In this document: positions 11,167 through 20,453 of the stretch, one piece after another
Layout: each line of letters starts with the position of its first letter
How positions within the stretch are numbered: position 1 is the stretch's first letter
DNA from: an uncultured Methylococcales bacterium
Lineage (GTDB): Bacteria; Pseudomonadota; Gammaproteobacteria; Methylococcales; Methylomonadaceae
DNA: 60,170 nucleotides
NCBI GenBank assembly: GCA_913009265.1
Contig: CAJVYL010000001.1
Coordinates: 1-60,170 of the forward strand
Direction of reading: 5' to 3'
Made by a program: the position numbers and the translations under genes
The notes under the pieces: model-generated
Database searches by the model: none
What the model saw: only the letters and a program-made list of their open reading frames with translations
Told to the model about the DNA's origin: nothing

Positions 11167-11706
11167 CTACCTATAACTTGCTGTACGTGCCAAAGGATGT
11201 ACATTTAAAGAACCATGAGTATATAAATCATCATTATGAGCCTGTAAATAGGCTTTAAATCGTTCATGCTGAGAAGGCTGAACCACGTCTTTGCTTTGAG
11301 CGGGGTCTGCTATTAACTTGGTATCAACCACAGCTACTTGCTGAAATTGATTACCTGGTTGCAAATCACTTTGTTGAGACATAATAACGGCAACACAGGC
11401 AACTGAAGCTGCAACAGCAAAAGATGCTTTTTGCCAAAGAGGAATAACCCTTTTTTCAACAACTTTTTGGGGTAACAAGTAATGAGGCTCTTGTTTAATT
11501 TGTTTATTAATTCCATCCAGGAAGTCTGTACTAGCCTGAATCCCATTATCATCTTTTAAAACTTGAGTCATCATTTGATATCGGTTTATCTGTTGCTTTA
11601 ACTCAGGTTTATTTTTAATCGCAGTTAATAATGCATCTAACTCAGCATGATCGAGTTCATCATCTAAAAACTGTGAAATAGTTTGGTTTATATCTTTATT
11701 CATCAA
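11167..11706 (-). CDS. rseA: Anti-sigma-E factor RseA/MucA
   Basis: N-terminal ISQFLDDELD motif, a central TM segment (ASFAVAASVACVAVIM), and a position immediately after rpoE. Confidence 0.8.
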   Translation of the reverse strand: MMNKDINQTISQFLDDELDHAELDALLTAIKNKPELKQQINRYQMMTQVLKDDNGIQASTDFLDGINKQIKQEPHYLLPQKVVEKRVIPLWQKASFAVAASVACVAVIMSQQSDLQPGNQFQQVAVVDTKLIADPAQSKDVVQPSQHERFKAYLQAHNDDLYTHGSLNVHPLARTASYR

Positions 11707-11715
11707 TATCAGCCT

Positions 11716-12306
11716 CTAATTGAGTAATGGACCCAATTTTTCATCAATAGCTTCCCTTGCTCTAAAAATACGAGAACGCACGGTTCCCACTGGACATTCC
11801 ATCGCCTGAGATATTTCCTCATAACTCAGGCCTTCAAATTCTCTTAGCATAATTGCCATTTTCATATCTTCAGGTAACTTTTCAATTGCTGTTTTAACAA
11901 CGCTAACAATCTCATCATTCATTAATAAATATTCAGGTGTATCCATGCCTTTTAGTTGAGGAGCATTTTCTACTTGCTCCGCATCTTGTACATCAACTTG
12001 GTAATCAGAATATCGACGACTACGTGAAACTAAATAGTTTTTAGCCGTATTAATAGCAATTCTATATAACCAAGTATAAAAAGCACTGTCACCCCGGAAA
12101 TTACCTAATGCTCTATATGCTTTAATAAAACTTTCCTGTGCAACATCTTGTGCTTCACTCGGGTCTTTTACATATCGATTAACCAGCTGAATAATTCGAT
12201 GCTGATATTTAATAACCAATAAATCAAAGGCAGCTTTATCCCCTTGCTGAACTTTCAACACTAATTCTTTATCTAGTTCAGCATTATTCCCTTTTTGTTC
12301 TTTCAC
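11716..12306 (-). CDS. rpoE: ECF sigma factor RpoE/AlgU (sigma-24). Start probably GTG at 12306, not the ATG at 12450
   Basis: LVLKVQQGDKAAFDLLVIKYQHRI aligns with residues about 10-35 of E. coli RpoE. The region 4 HTH is LSYEEISQAMECPVGTVRSRIFRAR. The ATG-defined ORF would add about 48 non-conserved hydrophobic residues and would overlap nadB. GTG at 12306 gives 196 aa. Confidence 0.9.
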   Translation of the reverse strand: MKEQKGNNAELDKELVLKVQQGDKAAFDLLVIKYQHRIIQLVNRYVKDPSEAQDVAQESFIKAYRALGNFRGDSAFYTWLYRIAINTAKNYLVSRSRRYSDYQVDVQDAEQVENAPQLKGMDTPEYLLMNDEIVSVVKTAIEKLPEDMKMAIMLREFEGLSYEEISQAMECPVGTVRSRIFRAREAIDEKLGPLLN

Positions 12307-12327
12307 GCTTTTTTCTTTGATAGTTGT

Positions 12328-12354
12328 GTGGACAGAATTAAACTCTATAAGTTC
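12328..12354 (-). promoter_or_regulatory. Candidate sigma-E-type autoregulated promoter (GAACTT-N16-TCCAC)
   Basis: The minus strand reads GAACTT (12354-12349), then 16 nt, then TCCAC (12332-12328), about 20 nt upstream of the proposed GTG start. It resembles the GGAACTT-N16-TCnnA consensus. Assessed by eye only. Confidence 0.35.
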
Positions 12355-12431
12355 TATTATCACAAAAAAAATTACCATCGTGTTAATATTCATCAACATG
12401 ACAGCTGTTTTACTTACTAATTCATTTTTAT

Positions 12432-14042
12432 ATGACCCATCCCAATACATTTGATGTGCTTATCATCGGAAGTGGAGGTTCAGGCCTTAGCTTGGCATTG
12501 AGACTTGCAGATAAGGCCAAAGTATTAGTTTTATCCAAAATCGCTTTAAACTCTGGTAGTACCTATCACGCACAAGGTGGAATTTCAGCTGTTTTAGATA
12601 AAAATGATTCTATTGAATCGCATATCAAAGACACTCTCGTTGCTGGTGCTGGTTTATGTGATTCTGAAGCGGTAAGAGTTACTGTTGAGCAAGGCAAAAA
12701 AAATATAGAATGGCTAAAAGATCAAGGCGTTAAATTTACACAACAGAAATCAAAGAATGGGGAAAAGTCGTTCCATTTAAACAGAGAAGGCGGACACTCT
12801 CATCGTCGTATTGTTCATACTGCAGATGCGACAGGAAAAGAACTTTCCCAAACACTGATCGAACGTGCCCAAGCCCATCAAAATATCACCTTATTAGAAA
12901 ATCATAATGCGGTTGATTTAATTACCAATCATAAAGATTCATCTACTGAGCACAAAGTTCATGGTGCTTATGTTCTAAATACAATAACAAATAAAGTAAT
13001 ATCCATTTCTGCAAAAATTGTTATTTTGGCAACAGGTGGAGCAAGTAAGGTTTATTTATATTCAACCAATCCACAAATATCGACAGGTGATGGAATTGCA
13101 CTTGCCTGGCGAGCAGGGTGCCGTGTTGGAAATATGGAGTTTATGCAATTTCATCCAACTTGTCTTTATCACCCAAAAGAACGCTCTTTTTTAATTAGTG
13201 AAGCTGTTCGAGGTGAAGGCGGTAAGCTTGTTCTGCCCGATGGCTCCCCTTTTATGCAACATTATCATGAAAAGTTAGAGCTAGCACCACGAGATATTGT
13301 TGCTAGAGCTATTGATAATGAAATTAAAAAACATGGTATTGAATGCGTTTATCTTGATATCAGCCATAAACCAGCTGACTTTGTTCGGGAACACTTCCCA
13401 AACATCTATAAGCAATGTCTTTCTTTAGATATTGATATTACTAAACAACCTATTCCTGTTGTTCCTGCTGCTCACTACACCTGCGGAGGTGTTTTAACAG
13501 ACCTAAATGCGCGTACAGACATACAAGGCCTTTATGCCATTGGTGAGGTTGCCTGTACAGGTTTACATGGTGCTAACAGAATGGCGAGCAATTCTTTACT
13601 TGAGTGCTTGGTTTTTGCTGAACGTGCCGCTAATGATATTTTAAATATCCTTCCTCAATCCGTATTTCCGCCGCCACTTCCTGAATGGGATGAATCACAA
13701 GTCAGCGACTCGGATGAAGAAGTTGTTGTTTCTCATAACTGGGATGAATTACGTCGTTTTATGTGGGATTACGTGGGTATAGTGCGTACCAACAAACGTT
13801 TAAACCGAGCAATGCGTAGACTAGAACTACTGAAAGAAGATATTGCCGAGTACTATGGTACCTTTAGAGTTACAAATGATTTATTAGAGCTTCGTAACTT
13901 AGTTATTGTCGCCGAGCTTATTATTCAAAGTGCACAATTACGTAAAGAAAGTAGAGGCCTACACTTTACTCAAGACTATCCCGAAACAGATGATAGTAAA
14001 CCAGCAGAGAACACTGTTTTAACACCTAACAACATTCATTAA
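12432..14042 (+). CDS. nadB: L-aspartate oxidase
   Basis: FAD fold [15 protein letters not shown], then HAQGGI, RGEGG and the [13 protein letters not shown] signature. Divergent from rpoE, as in many gammaproteobacteria. Confidence 0.96.
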   Translation: MTHPNTFDVLIIGSGGSGLSLALRLADKAKVLVLSKIALNSGSTYHAQGGISAVLDKNDSIESHIKDTLVAGAGLCDSEAVRVTVEQGKKNIEWLKDQGVKFTQQKSKNGEKSFHLNREGGHSHRRIVHTADATGKELSQTLIERAQAHQNITLLENHNAVDLITNHKDSSTEHKVHGAYVLNTITNKVISISAKIVILATGGASKVYLYSTNPQISTGDGIALAWRAGCRVGNMEFMQFHPTCLYHPKERSFLISEAVRGEGGKLVLPDGSPFMQHYHEKLELAPRDIVARAIDNEIKKHGIECVYLDISHKPADFVREHFPNIYKQCLSLDIDITKQPIPVVPAAHYTCGGVLTDLNARTDIQGLYAIGEVACTGLHGANRMASNSLLECLVFAERAANDILNILPQSVFPPPLPEWDESQVSDSDEEVVVSHNWDELRRFMWDYVGIVRTNKRLNRAMRRLELLKEDIAEYYGTFRVTNDLLELRNLVIVAELIIQSAQLRKESRGLHFTQDYPETDDSKPAENTVLTPNNIH

Positions 14043-14076
14043 TCCGACAATAACTCAACTCTTACTTTGTCGGATT
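14041..14076. terminator. Hairpin between convergent nadB and the HAD gene (10-bp stem, 16-nt loop)
   Basis: AATCCGACAA (14041-14050) pairs perfectly with TTGTCGGATT (14067-14076). There is no clean U-tract. Confidence 0.4.
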
Positions 14077-14089
14077 ATATCCAATTGAA

Positions 14090-14857
14090 TTAAACAGTCT
14101 CTGGCCAGTTTGATGGATCATCAATTAATTCAATAGCTAATTCTTTTACGTCAATTTTATCCTGTGCTGTATTAAAACCCCACAATGCCAAAAATAACTT
14201 TACTGATTGTAATTGGCTATTATTTTTGACTTTTAATAGTGTTGGCAACATATCTTCAACAAAATAAAGTTTCTGCTTTGAATGTTTAGCAAGCAATTCA
14301 ATAAGCACTTCTTCTTTAGTCATATTTCTATCAAGACCAAAAATATGCTCTTCAGCTAACGTTATCTGGTTTGCCTTTAATATTTGCTTAACAAAACGTT
14401 CCTGCTTTGTGGTGACAATATACCAAATACCGCGTTCAGACAAAGCCTGTAATTTTTCTTTAATTCCTGGAAACAAAGGGTTCTTTTCAACCCAGTTATC
14501 TAAGTCAGCTTTAATCCATTGGTCCCGAGTTTCACCAAATATTTTTTTGAGATAATCAACATTTAAAGCATAACTATCCATTATTCCTTTAACTTTTGCA
14601 TGATAGTTAGTCATTATCTCTTCAACAGTATCACCATCATTTAATAGTCTTACAATTAAAATTGCCTCATAGCCTGTACCCATAACAGGGCGTATTTGAC
14701 GAAATTGAGCGGACTGTTCATCTGTAGGTACAGGTGTAGAAAAATCATCCCATATCTGTGATGCTGCTTTCCAAGCTGATATACCGGTCTCTAAGGCACT
14801 GTCACAAATCACACCATCAAAGTCTAATGCATAAATAACTTCTTGTTTCATAAACAT
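14090..14857 (-). CDS. HAD-superfamily hydrolase/phosphatase
   Basis: Motif I is LDFDGVICDS near the N-terminus, followed by VTTK and FVEDM motifs. Substrate is unknown. Confidence 0.7.
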   Translation of the reverse strand: MFMKQEVIYALDFDGVICDSALETGISAWKAASQIWDDFSTPVPTDEQSAQFRQIRPVMGTGYEAILIVRLLNDGDTVEEIMTNYHAKVKGIMDSYALNVDYLKKIFGETRDQWIKADLDNWVEKNPLFPGIKEKLQALSERGIWYIVTTKQERFVKQILKANQITLAEEHIFGLDRNMTKEEVLIELLAKHSKQKLYFVEDMLPTLLKVKNNSQLQSVKLFLALWGFNTAQDKIDVKELAIELIDDPSNWPETV

Positions 14858-14870
14858 TTACATTTAACCG

Positions 14871-15641
14871 TTAAGAAACTTCAATAAAACTATGTAAGCC
14901 TCTTTTTGAATCGACTGCCAACCACTGCTGAAGAAAAATAAGTTCTTCTGTTTGTTGCAAACCTTCTAATGATTGTTTGCTTTTCAATAATCTAAAGGCA
15001 GAAGATAACACCTTATACTTATCACCCTTTATACCCGCGCGCCTTAAACCAACAGAATTTAAGCGATAATGTTTGGCAGGCCGCCCTCCAATAAGCATAT
15101 AAGGAATTACATCTTTATTTAGCCCTGTCGTTCCCTGCACAATTGCATAAGAACCTACACGACAAAATTGGTGAACAACAACAGCACCGCCCATAAAAAC
15201 ATTATCACCAATTTCAACAAAACCACCTATAGCTACATTATTTGCAAATATAGTTTTATTGCCAACTACACAATCATGAGCAACATGGCTGTTATTCATA
15301 AAAAAACAATCAGAACCAATCGAAGTAACTGCATTTTCTACAGATGCTCTATGCGCAGTAAAGCCTTCTCTAAAAACATTATTGTTTCCTATTTCTAACC
15401 AGGAAACAGTTTCAGCTTTAAAGCTTGTATCTTGAGGTAAGCCACCTAACACAGCATGAGGATGTAAAACATTACCTTCCCCCATTTTTACATAGGGTTG
15501 AACAACAGCATGCGCACCTAATTGACAATTTGCACCTAGTTCAACATTTTCTTCTACAACAGCAAAAGGGCCTAAGGTAACATTTTCGCCTAAAACAGCC
15601 GTTGGAGCGACATAAGCAGTTGGATGAATTTTCTGTGTCAT
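14871..15641 (-). CDS. LpxA-family acyl-ACP:UDP-sugar O-acyltransferase (left-handed beta-helix), located outside a lipid A cluster
   Basis: Hexapeptide repeats throughout. SHVAHDCVVGN aligns with E. coli LpxA AHIAHDCTVGN, which holds the catalytic His. VHQFCRVG aligns with VHQFCIIG, and there is a C-terminal helical domain. Whether this is the housekeeping lpxA or a paralogue cannot be decided from the window. Confidence 0.8.
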   Translation of the reverse strand: MTQKIHPTAYVAPTAVLGENVTLGPFAVVEENVELGANCQLGAHAVVQPYVKMGEGNVLHPHAVLGGLPQDTSFKAETVSWLEIGNNNVFREGFTAHRASVENAVTSIGSDCFFMNNSHVAHDCVVGNKTIFANNVAIGGFVEIGDNVFMGGAVVVHQFCRVGSYAIVQGTTGLNKDVIPYMLIGGRPAKHYRLNSVGLRRAGIKGDKYKVLSSAFRLLKSKQSLEGLQQTEELIFLQQWLAVDSKRGLHSFIEVS

Positions 15642-15733
15642 TTAAACTAAACCCTCAATTGGTCACATATTTTGTATGCGCTAATATACCATTCCAAAAG
15701 GGATATTTCACTCCCAACAACATGGCACGATAC

Positions 15734-16621
15734 TTACCCTCTAGGATGAAACTGTTGATGTAGCTGTTTTAACCGCTCTTGAGCAATATGAGTATATATT
15801 TGTGTGGTTGATAAATCTGAATGCCCTAACAATAATTGAACCACTCGTAAATCAGCACCATGATTTAACAAATGAGTGGCAAATGCATGTCGTAATGTAT
15901 GAGGAGAAAGGTGTTTTGTAATACCTGCTTTTTTGGCATAACGCTTAATAACATGCCAAAAAGTTTGCCGAGTCATTCCTGAACCACGTTTAGTCACAAA
16001 TAGAAAATCACTTTGCCTTTCTGCAAGAATATCTATTCTTGCTCCTTGCATATAATTTTCCAGCCATTCCATTGCTTCTTCACCAACAGGAACTAGACGT
16101 TCTTTATTGCCTTTACCCATAACTCGAACAAAACCTTGTCTAAAATTAACCTGTTCAAATTTTAGACCTATTAATTCTGATACCCTAAGGCCTGTAGCAT
16201 AAAGCAGCTCTAACATAGCCTTATCTCTAAATCCTAAAATATCGGTAACTTCTGGAGCATCAAGTAATAAATCAATATCTTTTTCTGATAATGTATCAGG
16301 TAATACTCTCCCTATATGAGGCGCTTCTATCAATTCAGTAGGGTCTATTGTTAAATAGCCTTCTCGAAATAAATAGCCATAAAATCGACGTAAACTTGAT
16401 AAAAATCGTGCAGCCGATCGACTACCTATACCAGCTTTATAACGGCTTGCCATAAAATCAGCAATGTCACTTTGTTCAACCTCAAATACGGGTTTATTTT
16501 TAAGCCACTTAACAAATATTTTTAAATCACTGCCATAAGCCGCTAAAGTATTTTCACTTAATCCCGACTCAACCCACAGAGAGTCTAAAAACAAATCAAT
16601 TGGATTTAAAGGCTGTTCCAT
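15734..16621 (-). CDS. xerD: Site-specific tyrosine recombinase XerD
   Basis: LSPHTLRHAFATHLLNHGADLRVVQLLLGHSDLSTTQIYTH with the catalytic RHRY context, and a XerD-type C-terminus. Confidence 0.92.
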   Translation of the reverse strand: MEQPLNPIDLFLDSLWVESGLSENTLAAYGSDLKIFVKWLKNKPVFEVEQSDIADFMASRYKAGIGSRSAARFLSSLRRFYGYLFREGYLTIDPTELIEAPHIGRVLPDTLSEKDIDLLLDAPEVTDILGFRDKAMLELLYATGLRVSELIGLKFEQVNFRQGFVRVMGKGNKERLVPVGEEAMEWLENYMQGARIDILAERQSDFLFVTKRGSGMTRQTFWHVIKRYAKKAGITKHLSPHTLRHAFATHLLNHGADLRVVQLLLGHSDLSTTQIYTHIAQERLKQLHQQFHPRG

Positions 16622-16623
16622 GA

Positions 16624-17139
16624 TTAATTCTTTGCTTCCATATTTGCCCGTATCATGGCTTCTTGATTTAATAACTTATCTTTAATTTCCAAAGCTCTTC
16701 CACTGGTCTTTCCCATATAACCACCCAAACCAGAAACAGCAACTACCCGATGACAGGGAATAATACCTGGAAAGGGGTTGTCTCTACATGCATTCGCCAC
16801 AGCTCTAGCCCCTGAATTTATCTGCTTTGCCAATTTTGAATAAGTCATGGTTTGACCCGCAGGTATTTTGCACATTTCAGCCCAAACTTTATTCCGAAAA
16901 TCAGAACCTTGTTTCATCAAGCTAATCGTTATGTTTTCTACAGGGTTATTTAGATAGTGCTGGAGGTGTTGCCATTGATTACTTTTATCCAGAAAGTCAT
17001 TAGATTGCTCAATACACCATTCTGTTTTTATGATGATATTATCAACATAATAAATCTTAAATTTTTCATCAAACAAAAGCACTTCATCACAATACTCAGC
17101 TTTATTCTGCTGTCTGACCCAATTTACAATAACAGCCAT
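16624..17139 (-). CDS. ogt: Methylated-DNA--protein-cysteine methyltransferase
   Basis: Active-site IPCHRVV and a preceding helix-turn-wing region (TYSKLAKQINSGARAVANACRDNP). Confidence 0.9.
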   Translation of the reverse strand: MAVIVNWVRQQNKAEYCDEVLLFDEKFKIYYVDNIIIKTEWCIEQSNDFLDKSNQWQHLQHYLNNPVENITISLMKQGSDFRNKVWAEMCKIPAGQTMTYSKLAKQINSGARAVANACRDNPFPGIIPCHRVVAVSGLGGYMGKTSGRALEIKDKLLNQEAMIRANMEAKN

Positions 17140-17156
17140 AAGTTCTTAAAAATTTA

Positions 17157-18140
17157 CTATCCCACAAAAGAGGATATTACTATAGCCAAAAAGCTCACGA
17201 CCATAATAGTTAATGATGTATTTAGAGTGCCTTCAGTCTTCACAAGTGCTGCATCAACTTTATTTTTGACCATACTTTCACTCTGATCAAAAAAACCATA
17301 AACCTTACCCAAGCATCCTGTAGCTTGTTCAAAAAAAGCACCCGCTGTAATTTGAGGTGAAGTAGGTTCTAATATTTTTTTCTTAAGCGTATCTAATAAG
17401 TCACGAATATCACTTTGAATTACTTTATAGCTGGTAAACAGTTTATGGTAATCATTAGACTGATGTTGCAACTTTTTAAGCCCATCATCAACAATGGCGA
17501 TCGTATCATTAATATGCTTTATCAAAAATCCCACTTTAATATGATCTATTGCCCCACAAGTTCCTGTTGCAGCAATACCAGAACCTGCCGCTCTGGTTTT
17601 CCCTAAAGCCTCAGCTGTATTAGGAATGCAATGCCATACAATATCCACCAATTCTACTGGATAACAATTATCTTTAAGCAGTTGGTTTTCTTCTGCAATA
17701 TTGGACATTAGAAAAAGAGCGGATTGAACAATGGCTGTATGCTTCTTCAAACTGTCCATCTTAGACAAGGACAATGCCGTAGGATATAACTTATTCCACG
17801 ACTGTTGAATTTTGTTCAAATGCTCTAAATGACTATCAAGAGCTGTATTTTTTATAGCGGTATTTAACTCATTCAGAGTTGAGTTTATAAGTTTTTGAGT
17901 CTGAGTTATTTTTGTCGAAAAAGAATTATCACCACTCAAAGTAGCGTTAAGCATGCCTCTGTGTTGCTGGAGATTATCTATCAATACTTTTAATGCTGTA
18001 TTGGTAACAAGGCTTTGCTGCTGATTAAGAAAATATCTTTTTTTAGAGCGGGCTAGCCGCCAAACCAGAGCACTTATAATAAAACTTAAGGCTGCGAATA
18101 TAACTATAATTCCAAAAATACTATTTGAAAACATTATCAT
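17157..18140 (-). CDS. Stand-alone TM-sensor-TM protein with a NIT-like (nitrate/nitrite-sensing type) helical periplasmic domain
   Basis: N-terminal TM (IFGIIVIFAALSFIISALVW), about 280 aa of helical region beginning LIDNLQQHRGMLNATLSGDNSF (the LQxxRG motif recalled for the NIT family), and a C-terminal TM (LTIMVVSFLAIVISSFV). No output domain. Confidence 0.55.
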   Translation of the reverse strand: MIMFSNSIFGIIVIFAALSFIISALVWRLARSKKRYFLNQQQSLVTNTALKVLIDNLQQHRGMLNATLSGDNSFSTKITQTQKLINSTLNELNTAIKNTALDSHLEHLNKIQQSWNKLYPTALSLSKMDSLKKHTAIVQSALFLMSNIAEENQLLKDNCYPVELVDIVWHCIPNTAEALGKTRAAGSGIAATGTCGAIDHIKVGFLIKHINDTIAIVDDGLKKLQHQSNDYHKLFTSYKVIQSDIRDLLDTLKKKILEPTSPQITAGAFFEQATGCLGKVYGFFDQSESMVKNKVDAALVKTEGTLNTSLTIMVVSFLAIVISSFVG

Positions 18141-19307
18141 CTACTTTACAGTATCAGTGATTAAATTAAGATGTTGAGCAATACTAGCTGACTCAGTAGC
18201 TATATGACTATTTGACTCAACACTACCGGCAATGCTTTCAACACTTTTCCCAATATCTACACTTACTAGGCCTTGCTCTTCGGCGCTAGAAACAATCACA
18301 CTAATACTATCTAAAGTATTGGTCGCCGACTGCTCTATTTCTGCTAGCTCGGATTCCACGGAAATAACACTTTTAATGCCCTGCTCAGCTTGCCCCTGCG
18401 TTTTTTCCATATCAACAACTGAAGCTCTTATTTTTTCACGAACAGTATTGGTTGTTCCTGTTATTTCTTCAGCTGATTGCCCTACCCGATAAGCTAAAGA
18501 CCGTACTTCATCAGCTACAACAGCAAAACCTCGACCTTGTTCTCCTGCCCGAGCTGCTTCAATAGCAGCATTAAGCGCCAATAAATTTGTTTGTTCAGAA
18601 ATACTTTTAATATCTTCAGAAATATCTGTAATTTCCTTGGAATGAGCCTCCAAATCCAGCATATTTTTAGTTACATTTTCTATATATAGAAATAATTGTT
18701 TAAGATCACCAATAAAACTCTTTAACTTTTCATCTCCAGTAGCTGTCAGTTGCTGAGTCATTAACGATGTTTTTTCAGCTTCACGACATTGCCGAGCAAC
18801 ATCGGTAATACTAACCGTCATTTGTTCAATAGCAGCTGCAATCATTTCAGTATTAGCTCGCTGCTGCTCTAATTCTTTAGCAACAAGATCAGAGCTACTT
18901 TTTAATTGATAAGAGGCATGATGGGTTTCTGTCATTGAGTCGTTGTTGCTATTTAACATACGGCCCAATTCCCTTATAGAAATATTTATTTGTCTTGCTA
19001 ATACAGTGAGTTCATCATTACCAGACAACTGACTCCGCACCATTAAGTTGCCCTGAGCCAATCTCTTATGAATATCATTAAGACTATCTATTCTTTCCGA
19101 TAAAGAAAACAGTGTAGAAGCAAGTACAAACAGGAATAGCAGTGTAAAAACGACTATGCACGTTATTTGGAAATACGAAAGCGCCGTAACTGACTCACTC
19201 AAGAAAGAAATAGGCAATAAAATTGTTATTATTGCCAATACTGATAGTAATAAAAACTTATATTTTATTTTTAGCAGAGCTGTATAGTTTTTGACTATTG
19301 AAATCAT
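18141..19307 (-). CDS. Methyl-accepting chemotaxis protein lacking a ligand-binding domain (2 TM, HAMP-like linker, signalling domain)
   Basis: Highly conserved hairpin tip [34 protein letters not shown]. The two N-terminal TM helices are separated by only a few residues. Confidence 0.92.
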   Translation of the reverse strand: MISIVKNYTALLKIKYKFLLLSVLAIITILLPISFLSESVTALSYFQITCIVVFTLLFLFVLASTLFSLSERIDSLNDIHKRLAQGNLMVRSQLSGNDELTVLARQINISIRELGRMLNSNNDSMTETHHASYQLKSSSDLVAKELEQQRANTEMIAAAIEQMTVSITDVARQCREAEKTSLMTQQLTATGDEKLKSFIGDLKQLFLYIENVTKNMLDLEAHSKEITDISEDIKSISEQTNLLALNAAIEAARAGEQGRGFAVVADEVRSLAYRVGQSAEEITGTTNTVREKIRASVVDMEKTQGQAEQGIKSVISVESELAEIEQSATNTLDSISVIVSSAEEQGLVSVDIGKSVESIAGSVESNSHIATESASIAQHLNLITDTVK

Positions 19308-19434
19308 ATTTAGATTTTACTTACACAAAGATATTCTAAGAAAACCATGCAAACTGTTAAGCAATAGCTTGAGATTGATTTTAAGTACCTTTACTAATGA
19401 TAGTCGAATAAAGATAAAACACCACTTTCTCAAG

Positions 19435-19469
19435 CTTATAGGTTTGAGTTACTCCTACAAACCTATAAG
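19435..19469. repeat. Perfect 12-bp-stem hairpin between the DUF2797-like gene and the MCP gene
   Basis: CTTATAGGTTTG (19435-19446) pairs with CAAACCTATAAG (19458-19469) around an 11-nt loop. There is no downstream U-tract in either orientation. Confidence 0.4.
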
Positions 19470-19501
19470 TACAAAAAAATAACCCCCACCTAAGTTCATG
19501 A

Positions 19502-20371
19502 CTAAACAATCAACTCTACTTCATATCCTGTAAATTTACGGATATTTATAACACCTGTGTCTAACAATAAATACTGCCCCTTAATACCTTGCAATACACC
19601 AGACACTTCAGGCGTTTTATCAAAGTTAAAAGACTTTACTTTTAATGGATAGGTTTCTACAGGGAAATTAATATCCACTTCATTTTCATCTGTTAAAAAC
19701 TCAATCGAATCTTCACCAAATCGCTCACTAATTTCAGTTATCTCTGACTCACAAAGTGCGACTAATTCATCACGCTTTTGTTTTAAATCGACAGGCTCAA
19801 CCATATTTTTAAGCATGCGCTGCCAACTGGTTTTATCACTTACATGCTTAGCAATGGCTACTTCAATTAAGCCTGATATATAACGTGTTTTAACCTTATA
19901 TATAGGTAAAGCCTGAATGGCTCCCTGGTCTATCCAACGAATGGGAATCTGTGTTCCTCGCGTAATACCAACTTTAACACCAGATGAATTAGCAAGGTAA
20001 ACATAGTGAGACTGAAAGCAAAACTCCTCACCCCATGATGGATCTCTACAAGTTCCCGCTTCATAATGGCAAGTTTCTGGCTTCATGATACACATATCGC
20101 ACTGCGCCAACGATATAAAACAAGGGTAACAATAGCCTTGGCTAAAGCTCTTTTTCATTGATCTATCGCAATGGACACAAGAAATATTTCCTGTAAAAAC
20201 GAGTTTAATAGGCTTTCCTATTAATGGATTCAGGTCAACAAGCTGATCACTTAATGGCAATTGATATTTAACTGGATTTACCAGCTCTACTTTCATTTTT
20301 CTCAAATTACCTTGCACTGAATACTCCGCTCTTATACGCAAAAAACCATATTCTATCATTTGCGATAACAA
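19502..20371 (-). CDS. Conserved Cys-rich hypothetical protein (DUF2797-like by recollection)
   Basis: 289 aa with clustered cysteines (CVHCDRS...CYPCFISLAQCDMC...CHYEAGTC), suggesting Zn-ribbon motifs. The family name is uncertain. Confidence 0.45.
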   Translation of the reverse strand: MLSQMIEYGFLRIRAEYSVQGNLRKMKVELVNPVKYQLPLSDQLVDLNPLIGKPIKLVFTGNISCVHCDRSMKKSFSQGYCYPCFISLAQCDMCIMKPETCHYEAGTCRDPSWGEEFCFQSHYVYLANSSGVKVGITRGTQIPIRWIDQGAIQALPIYKVKTRYISGLIEVAIAKHVSDKTSWQRMLKNMVEPVDLKQKRDELVALCESEITEISERFGEDSIEFLTDENEVDINFPVETYPLKVKSFNFDKTPEVSGVLQGIKGQYLLLDTGVINIRKFTGYEVELIV

Positions 20372-20453
20372 TTAATCTTTTATAAAAAACAGTGGCATAA
20401 ATCACATTTTTAGAGCATTATTTACCGAAATTACAATAAATCGGAGGGTTTTA

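Noticed and set aside
12307-12450. N-terminal 48-codon extension of rpoE up to the ATG at 12450
   Set aside because: It is hydrophobic and non-conserved, overlaps the nadB start and contains the putative rpoE promoter. The GTG at 12306 is preferred.
15723-15737. Sigma-54-like motif TGGCAC-GATAC-TTAC on the plus strand
   Set aside because: The -12 GC dinucleotide is missing (TTAC). The motif also overlaps the xerD stop codon and points antisense into xerD, with no plus-strand gene downstream.
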